From Spirochaetia bacterium (GTDB lineage: Bacteria; Patescibacteriota; Microgenomatia; UBA1400; MFAQ01), in assembly GCA_035477615.1 (NCBI GenBank), contig DATIKJ010000051.1, forward strand, positions 1,009-65,008: a stretch of DNA of 64,000 bases. Reading direction: 5' to 3'. A program made the translations under genes and the position numbers. The notes under the pieces were generated by a model. That model had not been told where the DNA came from. It made no database searches and saw only the letters and a list, made by a program, of their open reading frames with translations. Shown here in pieces: positions 1 through 8,470 of the stretch. Position 1 is the first letter of the stretch, and each line of letters begins with the position of its first letter.

Positions 1-4
1 GACC

Positions 5-1774
5 CTAGTTAGCTATCTTATTCTCCACTTCCTTTTCCACCTTACTAGTAAAGTTCTCAACAGTCATTAAACCTAAGTCTTTCTGACCACGCTGTCTCAC
101 AGATACTTGTTTTGCCTCCGCTTCTTTTTCACCCACGATTAACATGTATGGCACTTTAGAAGCTTCGGCATTACGAATTTTCTTTCCCAAAGAGTCAGCA
201 TCACGATTCAGCTCCACACGAATTCCCTTTTCCTGAAGCTGTTTCAACACACTTTCCGAATACTCTATCGTTTTCTCGGAAATCGGTAATATCGTCACCT
301 GTACTGGAGACAACCAAACAGGAAATGCTCCTCCATAGTGTTCAATCAAAACCATCATCATTCGCTCAGCCGATCCGATAATTGCTCGATGCAACATAAC
401 TGGACGTTTTTGTGTACCATCTTGATCTGTATACACCAAATTAAATCTTTCTGGCATTACATAGTCAATCTGCACCGTCGATAACTGCCATTCACGACCC
501 AAAGCATCTGTTGCAATCAAGTCCATCTTAGGAGCATAAAAAGCTGCCTCTCCTGGTCCTTGAAAATACTCGATCTCGTTTCTTTCCATAATTACCTCAG
601 CCCACTTCTCCACCTTATCCCACATTTTCGGATCCCCCAAAAACTTCTCTGGATGCTGAGGATCTCTTGTTGATAGTCTGTACTTATACTTAAAACCAAA
701 TGTTTCCATGATTTTCTTCGTCATCTGCAAGGCCATATCAATCTCTGCGTCAACTTGATCTTCTCGACAAAAAACATGACAGTCATCTTGAGAAAATGCT
801 CTTGCTCTAGCAAGACCTGCCAACTCACCTGGTTTCTCATCACGATACAACATTGCAAAGTCAGTAAAGCGCAAAGGCAAATCACGATAACTTCTTGGTT
901 GGGCTGCATAAATCTGAGTATGCTGTGGACAGTTCATTGGTTTCAAAAACATTTCCTCATCGGAAAAATTAGAGACTACTCTAAACATTGAATCCTTATA
1001 TTTGTCATAATGTCCCGATGTTTTAAATAGTTCTGCTTTAGCAATCTGCGGTGTCCATACTTGGGTATAGCCTTCCTTAATTTGCATCTCCTCAACATAG
1101 TTATTCAAAGTCCTTCGAATAAAGGCTCCTTTTGGAGAATACAAAGGTAAACCAGAACCAATTAAATCTGAAAAAGAAAACAGATCTAATTCCTTTCCCA
1201 GTTTCCTATGATCTCTCTTTCTTGCTTCTTCCACCAAAGACACATAATTATCCAACTCTTCTTGAGTTTCAAAAGCTGTCCCGTAAATTCTTGTCAACAT
1301 CTTATTCTTCTCGTCCCCATGCCAATATGCACCGGCAATAGACAAGAGTTTAAAAGCTTTCACTTCAATGGTTCTCGCTACATGAGGTCCTGCACAAACA
1401 TCCACAAAAGATCCTCCACTTCCAGGGTCTCCGGTCCAGTAAACTAAAATTTCTTCGTTTTCCTTTTCAGCCTTATCAATCCACTCTTGCTTGTATGGGT
1501 TGTCAGCAAACATCTCTCTTGCCTTACTCGCCGTTACAATCATTTTTTCAAAAGGCAAATTACTCTGCACGATTTTTCTCATTTCCTTCTCAATTTTTGG
1601 AAAATCTTGTTCAGTTACTTTAAATCCATTAGTTGTGTCAAAGTCAAAATAAAAGCCTGTATCGATGGCTGGACCCATGGCCTTCAGAATTTGACCAGGC
1701 CATAGTCTCTCCATCGCCTGAGTTAATATATGTTCGGCACTATGTCTTAGTGCATGTAGTTTGTTTTCTTCCAT
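5..1774 (-). CDS. thrS: Threonyl-tRNA synthetase (no N-terminal TGS domain)
   Basis: HSAEH and DVCAGPH editing-domain motifs, LKPMNCP, class II core and C-terminal anticodon-binding domain. Confidence 0.97.
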   Translation of the reverse strand: MEENKLHALRHSAEHILTQAMERLWPGQILKAMGPAIDTGFYFDFDTTNGFKVTEQDFPKIEKEMRKIVQSNLPFEKMIVTASKAREMFADNPYKQEWIDKAEKENEEILVYWTGDPGSGGSFVDVCAGPHVARTIEVKAFKLLSIAGAYWHGDEKNKMLTRIYGTAFETQEELDNYVSLVEEARKRDHRKLGKELDLFSFSDLIGSGLPLYSPKGAFIRRTLNNYVEEMQIKEGYTQVWTPQIAKAELFKTSGHYDKYKDSMFRVVSNFSDEEMFLKPMNCPQHTQIYAAQPRSYRDLPLRFTDFAMLYRDEKPGELAGLARARAFSQDDCHVFCREDQVDAEIDMALQMTKKIMETFGFKYKYRLSTRDPQHPEKFLGDPKMWDKVEKWAEVIMERNEIEYFQGPGEAAFYAPKMDLIATDALGREWQLSTVQIDYVMPERFNLVYTDQDGTQKRPVMLHRAIIGSAERMMMVLIEHYGGAFPVWLSPVQVTILPISEKTIEYSESVLKQLQEKGIRVELNRDADSLGKKIRNAEASKVPYMLIVGEKEAEAKQVSVRQRGQKDLGLMTVENFTSKVEKEVENKIAN

Positions 1775-1792
1775 CGTTTTTTAATTAAATAA

Positions 1793-1928
1793 CAAAAAAC
1801 TACCCTTACTGCAAGAACCCTTCCGGGTGGTTCCATCTTGCTTGCTAGGTAGCCTCTTAATTAAACCGTTGGTGGTTTCTCCCTGCTTTTCCTTGGTTGG
1901 TAGCCAAATCATCAAAGCAATTCAACTA
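1793..1928 (-). ncRNA. T-box riboswitch (Thr, specifier ACC) with ultra-short Stem I
   Basis: Minus strand: K-turn GCUUU-GAU-GA/GA-AAAGC, helix UUUGG/CCAAG, loop CU-ACC-AA; AAGAG-StemIII-AA; antiterminator GCAAGA-UGGAACC-ACCC-GGAA-GGGU-UCUUGC; U-tract; TATAAT at 1934-1939. Confidence 0.88.
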
Positions 1929-1944
1929 AGAGAATTATACACTC

Positions 1945-2199
1945 CTAACGATAGTGATTTGTTATTAAAATTATCTCGATTGTTTCTTTATCGGACAAAA
2001 ATTTCAATAAGGCACGATATTGCCGATCAATCCTAATACTATATAGCCTTCTACTTTTTGGCTCTAATAGCTCTAGGTTCAAACTTGGATGTCTGGGATT
2101 TTCCCTAAGATAATCCATTTGCTTCTCAAACTTCCGTTTCAAACCGTACCTTTTCAATTTTATTTCAATATCTTTCCTCAAAGGCAAGACCTCAAACAT
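1945..2199 (-). CDS. RelE/YoeB-like type II toxin
   Basis: 84 aa, basic, NPRHPSL..E.L and YSIRIDRQYRAL, ends in NHYR; overlaps upstream RHH gene. Confidence 0.8.
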   Translation of the reverse strand: MFEVLPLRKDIEIKLKRYGLKRKFEKQMDYLRENPRHPSLNLELLEPKSRRLYSIRIDRQYRALLKFLSDKETIEIILITNHYR

Positions 2200-2491
2200 T
2201 TCTCTTTTTTAGCGCCTTACTTTTCTTTAAGCCTTCTTCCAAATCCTTGAGAAAATTTTCACTGTATTTACCGGTTTCTCGAAAATCATTAACCACATCA
2301 TCGGGTTTATCGGCTGGGTTGGCTACTAAAAATGGAAAATCACCCATCTCTTCTGATATAGCTTTACTTTTAAGTACAAAGCGCAAAGCTGATCTCACGA
2401 ACTCACTTCTATTGGCATAGCCATATCTTTCAACCATTAGATCTACGTCTTGTATTTGTTTTTCTGGTAGAGATACATTCATCATTGCCAT
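2192..2491 (-). CDS. Ribbon-helix-helix (CopG/NikR-like) antitoxin
   Basis: MNVSLP..I..VD.MVERYGYANRSEFVRSALR RHH signature; directly upstream of the toxin. Confidence 0.8.
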   Translation of the reverse strand: MAMMNVSLPEKQIQDVDLMVERYGYANRSEFVRSALRFVLKSKAISEEMGDFPFLVANPADKPDDVVNDFRETGKYSENFLKDLEEGLKKSKALKKRNV

Positions 2492-2497
2492 AACAAT

Positions 2498-2537
2498 ACT
2501 ATACCATGTTTGTCAATCTTTGTCAATCATTGACAAG
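2498..2537 (-). promoter_or_regulatory. sigma70 promoter and probable RHH operator of the TA module
   Basis: TTGACA(2521-2526)-17 nt-TATAGT(2498-2503) with TG extension; TGTCAATC at 2511 and 2521 plus an inverted copy at 2529-2535. Confidence 0.75.
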
Positions 2538-2562
2538 AATTCTATAATTCTATTCCTATCTC

Positions 2563-4038
2563 TTAATCTTTCTTAACTCTCAAGGGAGGAAATAGCGTTC
2601 CTTCACGAGCCGACACATCTTCCATAAACCAGAAGAGTCTCTCCGACATGCCAAAACCTGAAGTTGGTGGCATTCCATACGAAAGCATTTCCACGAAATC
2701 AGTATCCATCATCTGTGCTTCTTCGTCGCCTTTTTCTCTAGCCTTTTGTTGTTCTTCAAATCGAGATCTCTGATCGATCGGATCATTTAATTCTGAGTAA
2801 CCATTCCCTAGTTCCGACCCTGCCAAAATAATATGAAATCTTTCGGTGATTTCAGGATCTTCTGCTTTACTCTTCGCCAAAGGCGACATAAATTTTGGTT
2901 CATTGAGAAGAAATGCAGGTCCTGCAATTGTCTTCCGCACTATCTTCCAGCAATTATCGATCAAACGCGCTCGATTAATTTCTCCAGTCAGTTTCACCCC
3001 CGCCTTTCTGATTGCTTCAACCATCTCTGCTTCTGTAGAGTTCACAATATCAATTGCAATTTTTTCTTTGATCACTTTCAGATAATCGATCTCTTTCCAA
3101 TCATCAGCCAAGTCATACTCCATTCCTCGACTGACAAATTTTGTCTTTCCATAAACTTCTTTCGCCAAATGACGATAAAGTTCACGGGTCAACTGCATAT
3201 TGTCTCGATAGTCAGCAAACGCCCAGTACCACTCCAAAGAATAGTACTCTGGCAGATGTTCGTCATCCATTCCTTCATTCCGAAAGTTTGGTGCCAAGGT
3301 ATATATCTTTTCAAAACCCGCTCCAATTAGTCTCTTTTGATAGAGCTCGGTAGAAATGCGCAAATAGAAATCTTGATCAATAGCATTCATGTGGGTCATA
3401 AATGGTTTGGCATCTGCCCCTCCAGTTACCGACTCCAATACTGGTGTTTCTACTTCAATAAACCCCTTACTTGCCATATATTTTCGACACTCACTCCAAA
3501 ACTTTGCCTTTCTCTCAAATCGCGCAATCTTCTCAGGGCTCATCAATAGATCCAGATATCTTTTTCGAAAAGCCTCATCAGGGTCGACAATCCCCACCCA
3601 TTTTTCAGGTAAGGGGAGTCTTGCTTTAGTTAATATCTTAATTTCTTTTACTTGTAGTGATACTTCACCAGTTCTGGTTTTTACCACTTCTCCTGTCGCT
3701 TGAATAATGTCTCCGATGTCTAAATAGTCCAATTCCATAAACCCTAGTGTCTGTCTGGCCTTATCCGCCTTACTCATCGAATCAGCTCGAATAAACAACT
3801 GGATCTTGCCTGATTGATCTTGAATTTGTCCAAAAATAAGTTTGCCGTGTTCTCTCCATGCCATAATTCTCCCTGCCAAAGTTAATGTCTTCCCTTCATA
3901 CTTCTCAAAATTACTCACCACCTCCATATTGGCAGCCTCTTTTACTGAGCGTGCTGGATACAAATCAATCCCCATCTTTTGAAGAGCTTCTACTTTTTTT
4001 TCTCGTTCCTTTAGAATTTCATCCAATCTACTTGCCAT
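2563..4038 (-). CDS. lysS: Lysyl-tRNA synthetase class II
   Basis: OB fold, YLRISTELY, FRNEG, ELGNGYSELNDP, YGMPPTSGFG; start moved to MASRL, 6 nt after TATAAT. Confidence 0.96.
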   Translation of the reverse strand: MASRLDEILKEREKKVEALQKMGIDLYPARSVKEAANMEVVSNFEKYEGKTLTLAGRIMAWREHGKLIFGQIQDQSGKIQLFIRADSMSKADKARQTLGFMELDYLDIGDIIQATGEVVKTRTGEVSLQVKEIKILTKARLPLPEKWVGIVDPDEAFRKRYLDLLMSPEKIARFERKAKFWSECRKYMASKGFIEVETPVLESVTGGADAKPFMTHMNAIDQDFYLRISTELYQKRLIGAGFEKIYTLAPNFRNEGMDDEHLPEYYSLEWYWAFADYRDNMQLTRELYRHLAKEVYGKTKFVSRGMEYDLADDWKEIDYLKVIKEKIAIDIVNSTEAEMVEAIRKAGVKLTGEINRARLIDNCWKIVRKTIAGPAFLLNEPKFMSPLAKSKAEDPEITERFHIILAGSELGNGYSELNDPIDQRSRFEEQQKAREKGDEEAQMMDTDFVEMLSYGMPPTSGFGMSERLFWFMEDVSAREGTLFPPLRVKKD

Positions 4039-4062
4039 GCTCCAATTATACAAGCTCTAACG

Positions 4063-5754
4063 CTACATCTTCTCTACCGTCTCGATCCCTAAGAAACTCA
4101 ATCCTTTTTTAATCACTTCTCCTGTTAGTAATGTTAACCTCAAACGCAAACTTTGGTTTTCTACTCCAATTACTTTATTCCTTTCATAAAATCCATTAAA
4201 CTTTTGCGCTGTTTCAAATAGATATGCACATACTTGTTGTGGTGCAAAGTTCCTGGCAGCCGACTCCACTATTTCCCCTTCCGCAAATCGCAGTAGCAAC
4301 CATCTTGCTAGTATTTTTTCGTCTTCATTGGCGAATGTCTTTCCATCATCACCAATCTTTTCTATATTTTCCCCAGACTTATTTAATATGCCTCGTGTCC
4401 TCACATACACATACTGTAGATATGGTGCGCTGTTTCCTTCCATTGATAAAGCCTCATCCCATTTAAAAATATAGTCCATCCCAGGGGATCTTTTCAATTC
4501 GTTATACTTCACTGCTCCAATAGAAATTATCTCTCCACCCACCGCTTTTTCTTCTGCTCTATTGAGTAAATCTTCCAGTTTAATCGTCATTCCTTTTCTA
4601 GTACTCATCTTCCCTTCAGGTAAACTCAAAAGTCCGTGGGCCACATGGACAAACTCTACTTTGCTTGTCTCTTCCGGCCATAGTTTTTTCACTGTCGCAA
4701 ACACTTGTCTCATATGGAGTTTCTGCTCCCCTCCAATTTCGTAAATAAATAAATCCGACTTCAAACTAGGATCATCCAATCTTCTCCTAATAGTTGCCAA
4801 GTCTCTTGTAAAGTAAGTTGTCGACCCATCACTTTTCACTAGCATCGCTGGTGGCATTTCTTCTTTCCCATTCTCGCCTTTAAACTCCACAATCAAAGCT
4901 CCTTCTTCACCCACAGACGATACTCCTTTATTTTTTGCCTCTTCAATTATTCTTGGCATCATACTCTCATATACCGACTCACCTAACGTATTCTCAAACT
5001 CCACTCCCAGCTTTTTATAAATCTGCTCAAATTCCTTCATTGAAATATCCCAAGATTTTTTCCATATCTCCCTGGCAGTTGTGTCTCCCTTTTCTAATCT
5101 GAGGAATGCTTCTTTTGCTTTATTTCTTAACTCAGGATCTGTTTCAATCCTTTTATTAAAGTCCACATATATTTCCTCCAGTTTATTAATGTCCACACCA
5201 CTCCAGTCAAAATTGGGTTTTTCCTCAACTGCCGCAATGATCATCCCAAACTGCGTTCCCCAGTCCCCTAGATGATTATCATTAGTCACTCTCTCAGCTC
5301 CGGTGTGTTTGTATAGATTAAAAATTGCTTGGCCAATAATTGTCGATCGCAAATGCCCCACAGAAAAACGCTTGGCAATGTTAGGCGATGAATACTCTAC
5401 CAATATTTTTTTCCCTTTCATAAAATCACTATCTCCCAAACAATCTCCTGATTTCAAAGTCTCATTCAATTTTTCTATCAATATCTCGTCCTTAACCCAA
5501 AAATTGATAAACCCCGGACCAGCCACTTGAATTTTTTCCCCGTCAACAATTCTCATCAGTTCCTTATTTCCTTGCAGTTTGTTCACCAAATCAACCGCCA
5601 GCTCCCGAGGATTTCTCCCAAGTTCCTTGGCCATCACCATGGCTATATTCGTCGAGTAGTCTCCCATCTTCTCATCAGCCGGATGTTCCACGTTAAACTC
5701 CTTACCTAAAGACAACTCCTCAATCGCTTTTCTTATTTCTTCTTTAACTTTCAT
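4063..5754 (-). CDS. argS: Arginyl-tRNA synthetase
   Basis: EYSSPNIAK, HIGH-like SVGH, GDWGTQFG, KMSTRKG, DALR-type C-terminus. Confidence 0.96.
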   Translation of the reverse strand: MKVKEEIRKAIEELSLGKEFNVEHPADEKMGDYSTNIAMVMAKELGRNPRELAVDLVNKLQGNKELMRIVDGEKIQVAGPGFINFWVKDEILIEKLNETLKSGDCLGDSDFMKGKKILVEYSSPNIAKRFSVGHLRSTIIGQAIFNLYKHTGAERVTNDNHLGDWGTQFGMIIAAVEEKPNFDWSGVDINKLEEIYVDFNKRIETDPELRNKAKEAFLRLEKGDTTAREIWKKSWDISMKEFEQIYKKLGVEFENTLGESVYESMMPRIIEEAKNKGVSSVGEEGALIVEFKGENGKEEMPPAMLVKSDGSTTYFTRDLATIRRRLDDPSLKSDLFIYEIGGEQKLHMRQVFATVKKLWPEETSKVEFVHVAHGLLSLPEGKMSTRKGMTIKLEDLLNRAEEKAVGGEIISIGAVKYNELKRSPGMDYIFKWDEALSMEGNSAPYLQYVYVRTRGILNKSGENIEKIGDDGKTFANEDEKILARWLLLRFAEGEIVESAARNFAPQQVCAYLFETAQKFNGFYERNKVIGVENQSLRLRLTLLTGEVIKKGLSFLGIETVEKM

Positions 5755-5764
5755 ATTGATTTAA

Positions 5765-5924
5765 CAAATTAAAACCCCTCACTTAAACCTCGATAATTAA
5801 TCTTAGCTTAAGTCAGGGGTTCTTGAGAGAACGGTACCACCCTTCCATACTCTTTGTGCTATTACGGGCTACCCCGATGAATTTCTTCACTTGCTCCGAA
5901 GATCGCGACTCTTCATCAACGCTA
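5765..5924 (-). ncRNA. T-box riboswitch (Arg, specifier CGC) with ultra-short Stem I and intrinsic terminator
   Basis: K-turn GC-GUU-GA/GA-GC, helix UGAAGA/UCUUCG, loop GU-CGC-GA; GUGAA-GAAA-UUCAU hairpin; CGGG/CCCG-UAA; antiterminator AGGG-UGGUACC-GUUCU-CUCA-AGAAC-CCCU; terminator 5773-5821; TAAAAT at 5930-5935. Confidence 0.9.
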
Positions 5925-5947
5925 CTCATATTTTACTCCTAATACAT

Positions 5948-6928
5948 CTATTTGTGCTCTTCCAAATATTTCTCCGCATCCAGCGCTGCCTGACAACCCA
6001 TTCCTGCGGCTGTAATCGCTTGTCTATATCTATAATCCACCACGTCTCCACAGCCAAAAACCCCTTCTACCGAAGTCATTGTTGGAAACCCATCTTTCCA
6101 CATATCCTTTTCACTCACTCTCCATTTTGTATCCGTCATTAAAGCCGTCATTGTTGTTCGTAGATATCCTTTTTCATCAAGTTCCAACTTTCCTTCAAAA
6201 AGTTTCGTCGTTGGCACATGACCAATCGCCACAAACAAACCATCTGCGTCATATTCTGTCACTTCCCCAGACTTTACATTCTTAACCTTAATTGTCGTCA
6301 GTTTTGTCTCACCCGATACTCCGATCACCTCACTACTCCACAACACTTTTATTTTGGAATTTGCCAACACTCTATCTTGCATTATTTTGCTTGCCCTAAA
6401 CTCATCTCTCCTGTGGATGATTGTTACTTCATCAGCAAACTTCGCCAAAGCCATCGCATCCTCCATCGCTGCATCTCCTCCACCAACAACAAAGGTTTTT
6501 TTACCTTTGAAAAAAGCAGCATCGCATACTGCACAAGTACTTACTCCTCGACCAACATAAGCTTCTTCCTCTATCCCAATCATCTGTGATGTCGCTCCGG
6601 TTGAAACTACAACAGCCCTTGCCTCATAAACGGTTTCCCCAACCCAAACTTTTTTTATCTCCCCGGTCAGATCCACTCTACTAACTTCGGAATAAATTAC
6701 TTCCGTTCCAAACCTTTTTGCCTGTTTTTCCATTGTCATCATCAAGTCCGGTCCCATGATCCCCTCAGAAAATCCGGGAAAGTTCTCCACCTCGCTAGTA
6801 TTCATCAACTGACCTCCAGGGTTAACTCCTGTCAAGACCAAAACCGACAAAGTCGCTCTTCCCAAATATATTGCCGCAGTATACCCACTCGGCCCGCCGC
6901 CAATTACAAGAACATCGTACTTCTTCAT
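5948..6928 (-). CDS. trxB: Thioredoxin reductase
   Basis: GGGPSG, CAVCD active site, GGGDAA..DA, RQAITAAG. Confidence 0.95.
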   Translation of the reverse strand: MKKYDVLVIGGGPSGYTAAIYLGRATLSVLVLTGVNPGGQLMNTSEVENFPGFSEGIMGPDLMMTMEKQAKRFGTEVIYSEVSRVDLTGEIKKVWVGETVYEARAVVVSTGATSQMIGIEEEAYVGRGVSTCAVCDAAFFKGKKTFVVGGGDAAMEDAMALAKFADEVTIIHRRDEFRASKIMQDRVLANSKIKVLWSSEVIGVSGETKLTTIKVKNVKSGEVTEYDADGLFVAIGHVPTTKLFEGKLELDEKGYLRTTMTALMTDTKWRVSEKDMWKDGFPTMTSVEGVFGCGDVVDYRYRQAITAAGMGCQAALDAEKYLEEHK

Positions 6929-6931
6929 GAT

Positions 6932-7255
6932 TTACTTTACCGTCTTTTTAACCATCTCTTCGTAGATCTCTTTACCTCCAAAGCCCACCTGTCTTGCGAT
7001 CTCTTTACCTCCATCAAAAAGAACTACTGTCGGAATACTCATTACGCCATACTTTCCAGCTACACCAGGATTAGCATCAACGTCCACCTTACCTACAATC
7101 ATTTTTTCACCATAAGAATTTGCCAATTCTTCGATCACCGGAGACACCATTCTACATGGTCCGCACCAATCAGCAAAAAAATCTACTAGCACTGGCTTCT
7201 GTGCCTTCAGTACCATCTCGTCAAAATTTGCGTCGGTAAAATGTGCTATATCCAT
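6932..7255 (-). CDS. trxA: Thioredoxin
   Basis: WCGPC, SIPT cis-Pro motif. Confidence 0.96.
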   Translation of the reverse strand: MDIAHFTDANFDEMVLKAQKPVLVDFFADWCGPCRMVSPVIEELANSYGEKMIVGKVDVDANPGVAGKYGVMSIPTVVLFDGGKEIARQVGFGGKEIYEEMVKKTVK

Positions 7256-7282
7256 ATTTTTTTATATATTTAATTAATATTT

Positions 7283-7510
7283 TTAAAGAAATCTCTTCAA
7301 TAGTTTAGTATATTCTTCTTTAGAACAACTACCAACCGCATCGGCCAATAGTGTTTTGGCAACACTCTTTAAAGAACTCATCGAAGCCACTACCTGTGTC
7401 ACAATCGCTTCACAATTTTTATCATCTCCCACCATCCGTTCAATTCCACCCACCTGGCCTTGAATTCTTTTAAGCATTACCTGCAGTTTCTTTTTTTCGT
7501 CTAATGACAT
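7283..7510 (-). CDS. CsoR/RcnR-family transcriptional repressor
   Basis: LKRIQGQVGGIERMV....C..IVTQ signature; second Cys in AVGSC. Confidence 0.88.
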   Translation of the reverse strand: MSLDEKKKLQVMLKRIQGQVGGIERMVGDDKNCEAIVTQVVASMSSLKSVAKTLLADAVGSCSKEEYTKLLKRFL

Positions 7511-7548
7511 ATACCCCCCATGGTATATGAAAAATACCAGTAAGTCAA
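7508..7548 (-). promoter_or_regulatory. Promoter and CsoR-type operator
   Basis: TTGACT-17-TACCAT on minus; inverted repeat CATATACC-CCCCAT-GGTATATG (7508-7529) with a C/G tract. Confidence 0.8.
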
Positions 7549-8100
7549 CTACATGTTAAACGCCACAATGATGTAAACAACACTTACGATCACCACAAAC
7601 CACAACTTCTCCTCCGGTTCTAGTGTTCTTTTAATCTGCCAAAACCACTCATCTAGTCGCAATTTGTCATAGATATAATCGTAAATTAAATCAAACACCA
7701 AATGCGTTCCCATTCCTAGCATAAAACCTCTAGCAAAAGGATTAACCACGCTGGTCATAGCAAAAAGAGCCAACACTATCCAAACAACCAAAAACAAGAA
7801 GCTTCTCATTACTAACTCTTTCTGATCAAAATCCTCAGACAAAAGCATCTTTATACCACCCAATAGCTCATCCTTCTTCAACTCCTTTAACTTAAGGTTT
7901 AAAGTCTCATTTGGCTTAGAAAAAACACTGTAAACAAATCTATCTAAAAATATAAACAGAAATCCAATCATGGCTCCCAGTAACCACCACAACAAAGCTA
8001 TGTTAAAAACAAATGTCTGATTCAAAACACTCCACAAAATCAATACTCCCAACACTCCAAACAAAACTAATTGGTGTAGCCACAATTTTCCTTTAAACAT
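7549..8100 (-). CDS. Conserved-type membrane protein
   Basis: About five hydrophobic segments; GTHLVFD motif reminiscent of membrane metal-dependent hydrolases. Confidence 0.6.
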   Translation of the reverse strand: MFKGKLWLHQLVLFGVLGVLILWSVLNQTFVFNIALLWWLLGAMIGFLFIFLDRFVYSVFSKPNETLNLKLKELKKDELLGGIKMLLSEDFDQKELVMRSFLFLVVWIVLALFAMTSVVNPFARGFMLGMGTHLVFDLIYDYIYDKLRLDEWFWQIKRTLEPEEKLWFVVIVSVVYIIVAFNM

Positions 8101-8146
8101 CCTTAACTAATCATACACAATATACTCTAACCCTTCCATCCAACTA

Positions 8147-8440
8147 CTACTCCTCAGTTTTCATTTCCTCTCGTATTTGCTTCAACTTCCACATAAAAAG
8201 CTTTCCCTTATTATTCGGATGATTAGCTCCCAACACAAACAATCTTGCTTGTTCAATTATTTCTCTTGGTGTGTTTTTTGCCAATCTCATATAAATTGCA
8301 GTGTGAGCCGTATCATCTAGTTCCACCGCCAAACGATAAGCATAATCCTGAAACTCTCTACTGATTCTTTTCTGTTTTGTTTCCTCCAAATCATACCTAT
8401 CTAAAATACTTATCAATGGTTTAAATCCTGTCTTGTCCAC
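8147..8440 (-). CDS. Hypothetical protein
   Basis: 97 aa ORF, GTG start 7 nt after TAGAAT. Confidence 0.7.
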   Translation of the reverse strand: MDKTGFKPLISILDRYDLEETKQKRISREFQDYAYRLAVELDDTAHTAIYMRLAKNTPREIIEQARLFVLGANHPNNKGKLFMWKLKQIREEMKTEE

Positions 8441-8470
8441 TACCTACATTCTAACGTAAAATGACTCTAC

